64,000 nt of DNA, taken from positions 2,914,001 to 2,978,000 of the forward strand of contig OX337238.1 of assembly GCA_946965045.2 (NCBI GenBank), read 5' to 3'. The position numbers were made by a program, and so were the translations under genes. The stretch comes from Epithemia pelagica. Lineage: Eukaryota > Protista > Bacillariophyta. Every line of letters starts with the position of its first letter. Position 1 is the stretch's first letter. The notes under the pieces were generated by a model. That model was not told the origin of the DNA. It saw only the letters and a program-made list of their open reading frames with translations, and did no database searches. Shown piece after piece: positions 34,010 to 46,331 of the stretch.

Positions 34010-35218
34010 ATGACGCCAACACTGAAACAGCAAGCAAAACAATCCGGGCTTTGCTTTCTGGACATCGACAATTATAGTGAGGCGCCGCAATGGAATACCA
34101 ATGACTGGCCTCCCGTTTTAGGTGGTGGGCGTTGGTCGCATGCATCGGTTGTGCTCAACCATCCCGAACAGGATAACAATGCACACACGGTTGTTGTTTT
34201 GGGAGGGCACAAACAAGATCAAGGCTACACCAACTCAGTGTTGTTGTTGAGTTTGTCAGATGAAAACACGCGATGGCAGGAAGGACCGCCGTTGAACAAC
34301 AAACGAGCCGATCATTCTGCGGTGGTTTGTCGCGGAGGAGTTTACGTGATCGGAGGAAACAATGGAAGTTCACTCTTTTATAGTATCGAACGGATTGATG
34401 TTCAAAAGTTGTGTTCAGGGGCAGCGGTACGCACCACGAGCAACCAATGGACAACCTTGAATTGTCGATTGTCCACGGCAAGAGATGGATGTTCCGCTGT
34501 TGCCGTGCACAATCGCTATATTGTTGTGATTGGTGGATACAACGGAAACTATTTGTCGACGGTTGATATAATCGATACAGTTGTGCCAAGCAACCACACT
34601 GTGATTGTGGGACCACCCATGGTAGTTCCTCGGTGTTGTTGTGCTAGTGCTGTCATTGGTCATCGCATTTTTGCTGTTGGAGGCCACAATGGAACAGATA
34701 TCAAGCCGGTTGAGTATTTGGAAATGGATGATCCTTCCGGCAATGAGACAATGAACACAGCAAGTGCAGTGTTTCCATCCTCGTGCCGTTGGACAGTTCA
34801 TGGCAAACTCAATCTTTCCATGCGACGGAATCATCATGCAGTTGTAGCTGTTGGATCATGTCTGATTGTGATGGGAGGTTCCTTAGCAGCGGACACTGTT
34901 GAAGTGTTGGATACTCGCCGCAACACTGTATGGACCTTTCCCCAATTATCAGGGCCGCGTTGTATCTCCAGGAGTGCTGTGGTTCACTCGAGGGGAATTG
35001 CTGTGATTAGTGGACATGACAATACTTCTTGTGCGACACTGTCATTGGTTGACAAGAATACGCGGTGTTTTCATCGACTCATTGAGCATGTGCCATTTAT
35101 AATCTTGTCCCCATCTGCTCCGAAACGCACTACATCATGGAAGGAGTCTGATGAGTGCCCTAAGAAGAAGCTTTCAGCTGGGAAACCAGAGACGAAGACA
35201 GTGTCAATTGAGACGTAA
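34010..35218 (+). CDS. Kelch-repeat protein K7, chimera of K5-type body and K4-type tail
   Basis: ORF 33854..35218 matches K5 through ...GHDNTSCATLSL and then K4 (VDKNTRCFHRLIEHVPFIILSPSAPKR...CPKKKLSAGKPETKTVSIET). Confidence 0.9.
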   Translation: MTPTLKQQAKQSGLCFLDIDNYSEAPQWNTNDWPPVLGGGRWSHASVVLNHPEQDNNAHTVVVLGGHKQDQGYTNSVLLLSLSDENTRWQEGPPLNNKRADHSAVVCRGGVYVIGGNNGSSLFYSIERIDVQKLCSGAAVRTTSNQWTTLNCRLSTARDGCSAVAVHNRYIVVIGGYNGNYLSTVDIIDTVVPSNHTVIVGPPMVVPRCCCASAVIGHRIFAVGGHNGTDIKPVEYLEMDDPSGNETMNTASAVFPSSCRWTVHGKLNLSMRRNHHAVVAVGSCLIVMGGSLAADTVEVLDTRRNTVWTFPQLSGPRCISRSAVVHSRGIAVISGHDNTSCATLSLVDKNTRCFHRLIEHVPFIILSPSAPKRTTSWKESDECPKKKLSAGKPETKTVSIET

Positions 35219-35374
35219 AAATATCAGGAGTAAGACGCAGTCATGAGATCATGAGAATGAGTACTGCGATTCGAAGTGCCTGCTGTTCTTCCTGAGAACA
35301 AGATGCGTTAACAAACATGCTAGGAGTGTACGTTGTGTAACACAAACGAACAACAGCAAACATATAATAAGAAC

Positions 35375-37882
35375 TCACCTCAAGTAATCACTTTCTGTAG
35401 TTGGTACGATCTTTTGTAACACAAGAAACGACCCATGCGGGCTGGTTATAGCACAAGCGAACGAAAAAAGTCGGTCTGGTCTTGGAAAGAGCATGCTCCA
35501 AATGGTGCACAAATCATACGACAGGCACTGGCAAACTGTCACATAAAATTCATGCGACACTTGGTGTTTGATCCAGAGACGAATCGTGACATCACAATAG
35601 TCGTACCATGCCAAATCCTTCATGACAATGGGTGCTTCTGGAACATGACACCTTTCTTTGTCCTCGTCCTCGTTACGGATGCAACTTTCGGAGAGACTAT
35701 GGTGCAAACAGCATTGTATGTGGTTGGTATTCTGACAGAGTTGATCGACACGACGTGTCTGTTCCATAATCTCCTGGTGAAACCACGATTCCAAAGAATG
35801 AGGCTCCGAAACGTCGTCCTGGAGGTACTCATTGGCGTGTATTCGTGAAACTGTCGATCCAGCACCGCTCTTCATGGTTGGAACGGGGGATTCCTTCCTT
35901 CCATTTGGACTTTGGTCCTCCACCACGACCTTTGAAACGTCTTGTTGTTCCAGATCCACGTCCCAGGACGTGGAGTGCGTCGTGTCTCCGGCATCGGACG
36001 ACGACAAGACAAGGGACGGGGGAGACTCCCAGTCAATGCATTCCTCTTCATCTCGATCCGAATCAAAGACAATACATTCTTCTTCATCACGATCCGAATC
36101 AAAGACAATGCACTCTTCCTCATCATTATTATCTTTTGCAGTGTGGTTGTTCCTGTTTGGGTGACAAGGGGACACTGCCAAAGAAGAATGCGGACTCCAG
36201 ACATTGGTCATCCAGAATAAGGGCGTTCCCACAGGATTATTGTCCTCGTCATGAGAATCAGCAGCAGCATTCTTTCCACGACCAAAGGTGTGGTCGTCCC
36301 CCAACAGAGGAGCTGACTGATGTCGTAGCAGCCGGCGTGGCAGGACCAAGCCGGTAGTTTCCGAATCGTTGTTCTCCTTCTTGTGAATCTGGGCCAGAAA
36401 AGGCAAACACGGCACGGACGTTTGTGTACCATGCCTCGTACAAACGTCACCTCTCGTGTCGCTCGTGTCGCTACTGTCGCTGCTGTTGCAAGTCCAGCGA
36501 ATGGATTGGGGGGCCACCACCAAGGAGGAGGATGACGATGAGGAGGACAACGACGACAGTGAGGATGAATTCGAATCCAATCGTTGATGGTTTCGACTGA
36601 TGGACGACGACAAGACGGTTGTACTGGTAGCACTGTTCGGGACGATCGTGGGTGTCACGTAATTGTCGTTGTTGTTCTTCTTGTTGTCGTTGTTGTTAGG
36701 AGGGTCGTCGTCTTGCAGTTGTGGCTGTTGAATGTCACATTCCCCATCGTGGCCACCTGTATATGGATCATGGTCCAAATGTTGGTCGTTGTCGCCATCT
36801 CGAACCGAATCCATCACCTCGGGTGGTGGTGGTGGTGGTGAAACTGCGTTGTTCTTGTTGTTGTTGTTCTTGTCGACTATGGGAGGATCTTGTGGTGGTG
36901 CCTCCTGTAGTTTGTCCTGAATGCTTGGTATTAAGAAATCAGATGTAGAGGCATTGCGATGGGTGGTGGTTTCCCCCAACTCTCTTCCTCTCATCATCAT
37001 CACCGAGTGCAAAGCCTTGTCGTGTTCTTGTTTTGTCATTCGACACAACCGATCAATCTGGACTTGCTGCTGACGTACCGCCATGCTTCTTGTTGTTGGT
37101 GTTGCTGTTGGTGGTGGTGGTGTGGTGGGAGTGAACCTCTTGGGTCGTCTTTGGGAAGGGGTTGTTGGAGTGTCGGTGGGAGCATCTCCTCCTCCTCTTT
37201 CCTCATGGACGATTGCCAAGGATGAAGATCCAGGAGGAGGAACACATGGATCCAGGCAGGGTGGTTGGCAGTCCTCCTGCTGCTGATGGAGTACGAACGA
37301 GTTGTTGCTGTCGGTAGATTCCGTTCCAGAACAAGTAGTGTCTACATGCCACAAAGAACAAGAGGAAGAAGAACCACAAGAATCCTCCTCCTCAGTGTTT
37401 GCGTGTGGATCTTTTGGCTGCTCTTGTTGTGGTTTGGGGGGTGATTGCTGTTGTTGTTGTTGTTGTTGTTGTTGGGGATTGGAAGAAAAGGAGCAGAACC
37501 AACACCCATGACAACCACCAGCGTTGTCAACAAGAGGATCGTATTGAAGAAAGGGTTGTCGGCATCGTCGTCGTCGTCGTTTCGAGAGTTTGTTGTTGGG
37601 AGTGCTGCTGTGGCTGCTCCTCCTCCAAATCAATTGGACACGTCGTCGACGAGGACGACGCATGGCAGATGATTGGTAACGACCACCACGACAACAACTC
37701 CGACAACACTGATCCTCATCCGGTGGTTGCCATTGGTTGTTTCGTGATGATGTTTGTTGTTGTTGTTGTTGGAGCAAGACGACACTTTGGGTCCAGGCCT
37801 GCCACAAGTTGTAAAAGGCGACATTGTCATCCTGATTGGGCTCCACCACTGCCACGGCAGAACCCTGCGAGGAGGATGTCAT
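35375..37882 (-). CDS. Uncharacterised X-family protein (about 835 aa), only uninterrupted copy
   Basis: Long open frame (the track starts at a GTG at 37972; the first homologous ATG, MTSSSQG, is at 37882). It has low-complexity Q/S/N/D tracts punctuated by motifs conserved across diverged copies, and a Cys/His/aromatic-rich C-terminal region. No known domain recognised, and expression is not shown. Confidence 0.6.
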   Translation of the reverse strand: MTSSSQGSAVAVVEPNQDDNVAFYNLWQAWTQSVVLLQQQQQQTSSRNNQWQPPDEDQCCRSCCRGGRYQSSAMRRPRRRRVQLIWRRSSHSSTPNNKLSKRRRRRCRQPFLQYDPLVDNAGGCHGCWFCSFSSNPQQQQQQQQQQSPPKPQQEQPKDPHANTEEEDSCGSSSSCSLWHVDTTCSGTESTDSNNSFVLHQQQEDCQPPCLDPCVPPPGSSSLAIVHEERGGGDAPTDTPTTPSQRRPKRFTPTTPPPPTATPTTRSMAVRQQQVQIDRLCRMTKQEHDKALHSVMMMRGRELGETTTHRNASTSDFLIPSIQDKLQEAPPQDPPIVDKNNNNKNNAVSPPPPPPEVMDSVRDGDNDQHLDHDPYTGGHDGECDIQQPQLQDDDPPNNNDNKKNNNDNYVTPTIVPNSATSTTVLSSSISRNHQRLDSNSSSLSSLSSSSSSSSLVVAPQSIRWTCNSSDSSDTSDTRGDVCTRHGTQTSVPCLPFLAQIHKKENNDSETTGLVLPRRLLRHQSAPLLGDDHTFGRGKNAAADSHDEDNNPVGTPLFWMTNVWSPHSSLAVSPCHPNRNNHTAKDNNDEEECIVFDSDRDEEECIVFDSDRDEEECIDWESPPSLVLSSSDAGDTTHSTSWDVDLEQQDVSKVVVEDQSPNGRKESPVPTMKSGAGSTVSRIHANEYLQDDVSEPHSLESWFHQEIMEQTRRVDQLCQNTNHIQCCLHHSLSESCIRNEDEDKERCHVPEAPIVMKDLAWYDYCDVTIRLWIKHQVSHEFYVTVCQCLSYDLCTIWSMLFPRPDRLFSFACAITSPHGSFLVLQKIVPTTESDYLR

Positions 37883-39281
37883 GGTAGATTCAACACACAC
37901 ACCAACAGAGAAATGAGGATGCGCGTGTTGGAAGTTGGAAGCCTTTGTACAGTCGGAATCGCAGTCATACACTCCCTCTTATACAGTTTCTCGTCTATGG
38001 ATCGGTCCATCAGGTTGGCATCCGAGATCCGAGTCCCGAGTCACAGAAGTACTTTCGCGACGATACTCGCACCTCTCTATCGTCTCAGACGCCCGCGACT
38101 CCATACACCCAACAAAGAATCCCCATCGCGCGCGCATCTCATCGAGATCCTGGTTGGCAGAATCACCATGACGACCTATACAACGACAAGGACAAAACGA
38201 CGGCCAACACACATTCGCACGGTTCTGTCAAGAATGATGATAATGATGATGATCGAGTGACGATGTCATTCTTCCAGACACACTCACTCGGTGCATCCTT
38301 CACAGTGTACTAGAACGAGCGATGATGAGGCTATGATGATTGATATCGAGACCAAACAACAGAAAGAAGAAGACTCTTGATTGAAGCGTTTAATGCTTAA
38401 TTGTGATGGCCTTCATCATCATCATCACACCGAAAGAGAACAAAAAAGTCTCTCACTTTTTCTCCGACAACACAGCGTGGGCCTATAGAGTGCAATCCAA
38501 TGTGGAAGAAGAAGAAACCAACAGAGGACCCAGCAATTGGCCTGAGATAGATCATTGGTGGAAACGCACGAGATGCTTTGTTGTGATGGTCTTCAAGATT
38601 GGAGAAAGAGTCCTGGTCCCTTTACTATGGGTATTTGCCCTGTGGTATTTGCACCGGATGCATTTATTATTGTTCTTATTGCTTCCCCACGTACGGTGGA
38701 TGATTTTCCTATCGTGGGTGCCAATTTCAATTGATCTCGATAGAATGGCTTCTAGCATTGTTGCATCTTCTTCGCGTTTGCCGGTTTGGGACAATCATGT
38801 TTGATCGATGATTGGATTGGAACCTATGAATTTGGTCCGCTTCGTTTTGCATGGACGATGAACTAGCGCTTGACTGCGATCCTGATGTATTGTGCAAAAC
38901 AGCCAGAAGGAATTTGAAAAGGGCCTCAAGACTGCAACGGACAAGTACTGCCATATACAGTGGCAAAGGGGTTCCAAGAAAGTGGAATCTCTGGATTTGT
39001 GCTGGGGTGGCTTTGTGGTGGATGGTTTTAGACCCGTTTATCTGTCCAAGATCATCCATCAAAGAAGGATGGTTTTGAACCCGTTCATCTGTCCAATGCC
39101 ATCCCTCCGATGAAGGATACCATGATTGAAATCGCCATCGTTGAGGTGCGTCCGTCGCAGCTGCCGTCTTTCGTTCCGGTTTTGGTGTAAAAGGTCCAGA
39201 TCTCGTTCGGAGTTCATTTTCGTATTTTTTGAGGAGCAAGAAGGTCCATTCCTTGCTGTTGTCATGAAATCTCAAAGTATC

Positions 39282-40446
39282 ATGACGCCAACACTGAAAC
39301 AGCAAGCAAAACAATCCGGGCTTTGCTTTCTGGACATCGACAATTATAGTGAGGCGCCGCAATGGAATACCAATGACTGGCCTCCCGTTTTAGGTGGTGG
39401 GCGTTGGTCGCATGCATCGGTTGTGCTCAACCATCCCGAACAGGATAACAATGCACACACGGTTGTTGTTTTGGGAGGGCACAAACAAGATCAAGGCTAC
39501 ACCAACTCAGTGTTGTTGTTGAGTTTGTCAGATGAAAACACGCGATGGCGGGAAGGACCGCCGTTGAACAACAAACGAGCCGATCATTCTGCGGTGGTTT
39601 GTCGCGGAGTACGTGATAAGAGGACACAATGGAAGTTCACTCTTTTATAGTATCGAACGGATTGATGTTCAAAAGTTGTGTTCAGGGGCAGCGGTACGCA
39701 CCACGAGCAACCAATGGACAACCTTGAATTGTCGATTGTCCACGGCAAGAGATGGATGTTCCGCTGTTGCCGTGCACAATCGCTATATTGTTGTGATTGG
39801 TGGATACAACGGAAACTATTTGTCGACGGTTGATATAATCGATACAGTTGTGCCAAGCAACCACACTGTGATTGTGGGACCACCCATGGCAGTTCCTCGG
39901 TGTTGTTGTGCTAGTGCTGTCATTGGTCATCGCATTTTTGCTGTTGGAGGCCACAATGGAACAGATATCAAGCCGGTTGAGTATTTGGAAATGGATGATC
40001 CTTCCGGCAATGAGACAATGAACACAGCAAGTGCAGTGTTTCCATCCTCGTGCCGTTGGACAGTTCATGGCAAACTCAATCTTTCCATGCGACGGAATCA
40101 TCATGCAGTTGTAGCTGTTGGATCATGTCTGATTGTGATGGGAGGTTCCTTAGCAGCGGACACTGTTGAAGTGTTGGATACTCGCCGCAACACTGTATGG
40201 ACCTTTCCCCAATTATCAGGGCCGCGTTGTATCTCCAGGAGTGCTGTGGTTCACTCGAGGGGAATTGCTGTGATTAGTGGACATGACAATACTTTTTGTG
40301 CGACACTGTCATTGGTTGACAAGAATACGTGGTGTTTTCGTCGACTAACGGAGCAGGTGCCAAGTATAATCTTTGGGACAAGAACAAACTCACTTCGATC
40401 TGCTCCCGAACCTGCCACAGTATTGAAGTTCTCCTTAGCGTTCTAA
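39282..40446 (+). pseudogene. Kelch-repeat gene K8 (K5-type), frameshift near 39610-39620
   Basis: agtacgtgataaga replaces aggagtttacgtgatcgga (5 nt shorter) in blade 2, giving ORFs 39126..39650 and 39613..40446. This could be an assembly error. Confidence 0.75.
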
Positions 40447-41071
40447 GAAGAAGTTATCAACTGGCAAAACAGAGACTTAGAAGTGTTAATTGAGAAATAT
40501 AAATACGGGGAGTAAAACTCAATCATTTACAAACAGTCGATCCTCCAGACACTCACTCGGTGAATCCTTCACAGTTCAGCACTATCCAACCGGGACGAAT
40601 GATTTTTGCAAGAGGAATGATTCCTTTTTTGGGAGGATGATACCAGCCTTGGAACTCTCATCCTGTCGTCGTATTTTACACTGATAGATCCCCAGAACAA
40701 CCGCAACAACCACCAGGATGACACTGCTGCTGCCAAGCGGCGAATGAGAAGCCTTTCATGCTTTATTGTGCGACAACCATCTATGATCAGCTTCCCTCGA
40801 AATGGGATTGTCAGCGTTCGGGGAATCTCTGGTTTTGAGCCGGGGTCGATTTTTTGTTTTTCGTGGATGGTTTTGGACCCGATCATCTGTGCAATTCATC
40901 CATCTTATGAATGATTGAAATCGCTGCCGTAGAGGTTCGTCCGTTGTTGCTGCCGTCTTTCGTCCCGGTTTTGGTGTGAAAGGTCCATAAGTCCATTTTC
41001 ATAATTTATTGAGGAGAAAGCACACAAAAAGACGAAGCTCTGAGGTCAATTCCTTTGTGTTGGCAAGCACC

Positions 41072-42304
41072 ATGACGATGACACTGCAACAGCAAGCAAA
41101 ACAATCTGGGCTTGCCTTTCTGGACAGTGACAATAACAGTAACGAGCCACATTGGAATACCAATGACTGGCCTCCCCTTTTAGATGGGTGGCGTAGGCAC
41201 CATGATGCAGTCGTGCTCGACCATCCCGAAAAAGACATTGCACAGACGGTTGTAGTTTTTGGAGGATACAAACAAGGTCAAGGCTACACCAACTCAGTGT
41301 TGTTGTTGAGTTTGTCAGATGAAAAAAAGCAATGGCGGGAAGGACCGCCGTTAAACAACAACCGAGCCTATCATGCCGCGGTGATTTGTAGCGGAGGAGT
41401 TTACGTGATCGGAGGATACAACGGAATTTCACGATTGGATACTATCGAACGCATTGATGTTGACAATTTGTGTTCCGGGGCAGCGTTACGCACCACCAGC
41501 AACCAATGGACAACTGTGACTTGTCGATTGTCTACGGCGAGAGATGAATGTTCGGCTGTTGCCTTGCACAATCGTTATATTGTTGTGATTGGTGGATCCA
41601 ACGGAAACTTATTGTCGTCGGTTGATATAATCGATACAGCTATCGCAAGCAACCACGCTGTTATTGCAGGGCCATCGATGACAGTACCTCGATCTGGTTG
41701 TGCAAGTGCTGTCATTGGTCATCGCATTTTTATTGTTGGAGGCTACAGTGGGCACAATCGAGAAGGTCTCAAATCAGTGGAGTACTTGGAGATTCATGAT
41801 CCTTCAGGCAATGAGACACTGAACACAGCAAGTGCAGTGTTTCCATCCTCATGCCGTTGGACACTTCATGGCAAACTCAATCTTTCCATCCGACGGCGTG
41901 ATCATGCAGTTGTAGCTGTTGGATCATGTCTGATTGTTGCGGGAGGTTTCTCCACCCTGGACACTGTTGAAGTCTTGGATACTCAACGAAACACTGTCTG
42001 GAACGGCCCCCAATTAACCAATCCCCTACGTTTTGGTTGTAGTGCTGTGGTTCACTCGAAGGGAATCGCTTTGATTGGTGGAAGGCATAATGCTTCTTGT
42101 GCGACACTCTCCTTGGTTGACAAGAATACGCGGTGTTTTCGTCGACTCATTGAGCAGGTGCAGTTTGTAATCTTTGGGACAAGAACAAACTTACTGCCAA
42201 CTGCTCCGAAACGCACTACATCATGGAAGGAGTCTGATGAGTGCCCTAAGAAGAAGCTATCAGCTGGGAAACCAGAGACGAAGACAGTGTCAATTGAGAC
42301 GTAA
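41072..42304 (+). CDS. Kelch-repeat protein K9 (K4/K6-type, mosaic)
   Basis: Intact ORF 41009..42304 with six blades and a CPKKKLS tail. Confidence 0.9.
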   Translation: MTMTLQQQAKQSGLAFLDSDNNSNEPHWNTNDWPPLLDGWRRHHDAVVLDHPEKDIAQTVVVFGGYKQGQGYTNSVLLLSLSDEKKQWREGPPLNNNRAYHAAVICSGGVYVIGGYNGISRLDTIERIDVDNLCSGAALRTTSNQWTTVTCRLSTARDECSAVALHNRYIVVIGGSNGNLLSSVDIIDTAIASNHAVIAGPSMTVPRSGCASAVIGHRIFIVGGYSGHNREGLKSVEYLEIHDPSGNETLNTASAVFPSSCRWTLHGKLNLSIRRRDHAVVAVGSCLIVAGGFSTLDTVEVLDTQRNTVWNGPQLTNPLRFGCSAVVHSKGIALIGGRHNASCATLSLVDKNTRCFRRLIEQVQFVIFGTRTNLLPTAPKRTTSWKESDECPKKKLSAGKPETKTVSIET

Positions 42305-42460
42305 AAATACCAGGAGTAAGACGCAGTCATGAGATCATGAGAATGAGTACTGCGATTCGAAGTGCCTGCTGTTCTTGCTGAGAACAAGATGCGTTAACAA
42401 ACATGCTAGGAGTGTACGTTGTGTAACACAAACGAACAACAGCAAACATATAATAAGAAA

Positions 42461-44766
42461 TCACCTCAAGTAATCACTTTCTGTAGTTGGTACGATCTTT
42501 TGTAACACAAGAAACGACCCATGCGGGCTGGTTATAGCACAAGCGAACGAAAAAAGTCGGTCTGGTCTTGGAAAGAGCACGCTCCGAATGGTGCACAAAT
42601 CAAACTGTCACATAAAATTCATGCGACACTTGGTGTTTGATCCAGAGACGAATCGTGACATCACAATAGTCGTACCATGCCAAATCCTTCATGACAATGG
42701 GTGCTTCTGGAACATGACACCTTTCTTTGTCCTCGTCCTCGTTACGGATGCAACTTTCGGAGAGACAATGGTGCAAACAGCATTGTATGTGGTTGATATT
42801 CTGACAGAGTTGATCGACACGACGTGTCTGTTCCATAATCTCCTGGTGAAACCACGATTCCAAAGAATGAGGCTCCGAAACGTCGTCCTGGAGGTACTCA
42901 TTGGCGTGTATTCGTGAAACTGTCGATCCAGCACCGCTCTTCATGGTTGGAACGGGGGATTCCTTCCTTCCATTTGGACTTTGGTCCTCCACCACGACCT
43001 TTGAAACGTCTTGTTGTTCCAGATCCACGTCCCAGGACGTGGAGTGTGTCGTGTCTCCGGCATCGGACGACGACAAGACAAGGGACGGGGGAGACTCCCA
43101 GTCCATGCATTCTTCTTCATCTCGATCCGAATCAAAGACAATACATTCTTCTTCATTACGATCCGAATCAAAGACAATGCACTCTTCCTCCTCGTCATTA
43201 TCTTTTGCAGTGTGGTTATTGTTCCTGTTTGGGTGACATGGGGACACTGCCAAAGAAGAATGCGGATTCCAGACATTGGTCATCCAAAATAAGGGCGTTC
43301 CCACAGGATCATTGTCCTCATCATGAGGATCAGCAGCAGCATTCTTTCCACGACCAAAGATGTGGTTGTCCCCCAACAGAGGAGTTGACTGAGGTCGTAG
43401 CAGCCGGCGTGGCAGGAGCGAGCCGGTAGTATTCGAATCGTTGTTCTCCTTCTTGTGAATCTGGGCCAGAAAAGACGAATACGGCACGGACGCTTGTGTA
43501 ACATGCCTCGTACAATCGTCACCACTCGTGTCGCTACTGTCGCTGCTGTTGCAAGTCCAGCAAATGGATTCGGGGGCCGCCTCTGCTGTTGCAAGTCCAG
43601 CAAATGGATTCGGGGGCCGCCACCAAGGAGGAGGATGACGATGAGGAGGACAACGACGACAATGAGGATGAATTCGAATCCAATCGTTGATGGTTTCGAG
43701 TGATGGACGACGAATACACGGTTGTACTGTTGTCGTTGATGTTGTTGTTTTGAGCGTCGTCGTCTTGCAGTTGTGGCTGTACAATGTTAGATTCCCCATC
43801 GTGACCACCTGTATATGGCGCATGGTCCAAATGTTGGTCGTCGTTGCCATCTCGAACCGAATTCACCTCGGTTGGTAGTGGTGATAGTGCGTTGTTGTAG
43901 TTCTTGTTCTTGTCGACTTTGGGAGGATCGTGTGGTGGTGTCTCTTGTAGTTTGTCCTGAATGTTTGGTATTAAGAAAGGAGATGCAGAGGCATTTCAAT
44001 GGGTGGTGGTTTCCCCCAACTCTCCTCCTCTCATCATCATCATCATCATCCAGTGCAAGGCCTTGTCTTGTTCTTGTTTTGTCATTCGACACAACCGATC
44101 AATCTGGACTTGCTGCTGACGTACCGTCATGCTTGTTGTTGTTGTTGTTGTTGGAGTGTCGGTGGGAGCATCTCCTCCTCCTCTTTCGTCATGGACGATT
44201 GCCAAGGATGAAGATCCAACACATGGATCCAGGCCGGGTGGTTGGCAATTCTCCTGCTGCTGATGGAGTACAAACGAGTTGTTGCTGTCGGTGGATTCCG
44301 TTCCAGAACAAGTAGTGTCTACATGCCACAAAGAACAAGAGGAAGAAGAACCACAAGAAGAATCCTCCTCATACTGCTCCACCCCTGGCGGTGGTGTTCT
44401 GGTTGCGTCAGTGTTCGGATCTGGATCCTCTGGCTGCTCTTGTTGTGGTGGTGATTGTTGTTGTTCTTGTTGTGAACTGGAAGAGGAGGAGCAGGACCAC
44501 CACCGCCCATGACACACATTGCAAAAAACACCACCAGCGTTCTCACCCAAAGAGCCGTGTGGAAGGAAAGCTTGCCGACGACGTCGTCGTCTCGAGTGTT
44601 TGTTGTTGGGAGTGATGCTGTGGCTGCTGCTCCTCCAAATCAATTGGACACGTCGTCGACGAGGGCGAGGACGAATGGCAGATGATTGGTAACGACCACC
44701 ACGACAACAACTCCGACAACACTGATCCTCATCCGGTGGTTGCCATTGGTTGTTTCGTGATAATGT

Positions 44767-44819
<53 letters not shown>

Positions 44820-44931
44820 CGAGCATGACGACACTGTGGGTCCAGGCCTGCCACAAGTTGTAAAAGGCGACATCCTCATCCTGATTGGGCTCCACCACTG
44901 CCTCGGCAGAACCCTGCGAGGTGCATGTCAT
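42461..44931 (-). pseudogene. X-family subtype B copy with TGA, tandem duplication and deletion
   Basis: Same in-frame TGA at 43996-43998 as the 21458..23842 copy, a short tandem duplication at about 43545-43620, and a deletion near 42600 (caaatc|aaactgtc). Confidence 0.7.
44767..44819. repeat. (GTT)n microsatellite encoding poly-Gln in X
   Basis: About 17 units. Other copies have about 5-7. Confidence 0.9.
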
Positions 44932-46331
44932 GGTAGATTCAACACATACACCAACAGAGAAATGATGAGGATGCTCGTGTTGGGTGGAAGGAACCCTTGC
45001 CTTTGTACAGTCGCCATGACAGTAGTACACTCCCTCTTATACAGTTTCTCGTCTATGGATCGGTCCATCTCCCATCTCATCATCATCGGTTGGCATCCGA
45101 GTCCCGAGTCCCAGAAGTACTTTCGCGACCATACTTTGTAGCACCTAATACCTATCCATCCGATCCCGTCTCAAATCCCCATCGCGCGCGCATCTCATCA
45201 AGATGTCCTGGTTGGCAGAATCACCATGACGACCTATACAACGACAAGGACAAAACGACGGCCAACACACATTCGCACGGTTCTGTCAAGAATGATGATG
45301 ATGATGATGATCGAGTGACGGTGTCATTCTTCCAGACACACTCACTCGGTGCATCCTTCACAGTGTACTAGAACGACCGATGATGAGGCTATAATGATTG
45401 ATATCGAGACCAAACAATAGAAAGAAGAAGACTCTTGATTGAAGCGGTTAATGCTTAATTGTGATGGCCTTCATCATCATCATCACACCGAAAGAGAACA
45501 AAAAAGTCTCTCACTTTTTCTCCGACCCTATAGAGTGCAATCCAATGTGGAAGAAGAAGAAAACAACAGAGGACCCAGCAATCGGCCTGAGAAAGATCAT
45601 TGGTGAAAACGTACGAGATGCTTTGTTGTGATGGTCTTCAAGATTGGAGAAAGAGTCCTGGTCCCTTTATTATGGGTATTTGCCCTGTGGTATTTGCGCC
45701 GGTTGCATTTATTAGTGTTCTTGTCGCTTCCCTACGTACGGTGGGTGATTTTCCTATCGTGGGTGCCAATTTCAAGTGATCTCGATAGAATGGCTTCTAG
45801 CATTTGTTGCATCTTCGAGTTTGCCAGTGTGGGACAACCATGCGTGGATTTGGTCCGCTTCGTTGTGCATGGACGATGAGCTAGCGCTTGACTGCGATGC
45901 TGATGCATTGTGCAAAACAGCCCGGAAAAATCTGAAAAGGGCCTCCAGACTGCAACGGGCAAGCACTGCTACCGATGTACAGTGGCAAAGGGGTTCCAAG
46001 GAAGTGGAATCTCTGGATTTGTGCGGGGGTGGCTTTTTAGTGGATGGTTTTAGAGCCGTTCATCTGTCCAAGGTCATCCATCCGATGAATAAAAGAAGGA
46101 TGGTTTTGGACCCGTTCATCTGTCCAATGCCATCCATCCGAGGATACCATGATTGAAATCGCCACCGTGGAGATGCGTCCGTCGTTGCTGCCGTCTTTCG
46201 TTCCGGTTTTGGTGTAAAAGGTCCAAAATATTCAGTCCATATCGTTCGGAATCCATTTTCGTATTTTTTCGAGGAGAAAGACGAAGCTCTAAGGTCCATT
46301 TCTTGGTGTTGTCATAAAATCTCAAAGTACC

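Larger units (their letters stand above)
12500..45500. repeat. About 7-kb tandem segmental duplication unit [K5-type Kelch, K4-type Kelch, X-B], about 3.5 copies
   Basis: Offsets between homologous ORF starts: 12980 to 20022 is 7042; 18145 to 33854 minus about 8.75 kb of insertions is about 6.96 kb; 33854 to 39126 is 5272, consistent with loss of one Kelch interval. Confidence 0.85.
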
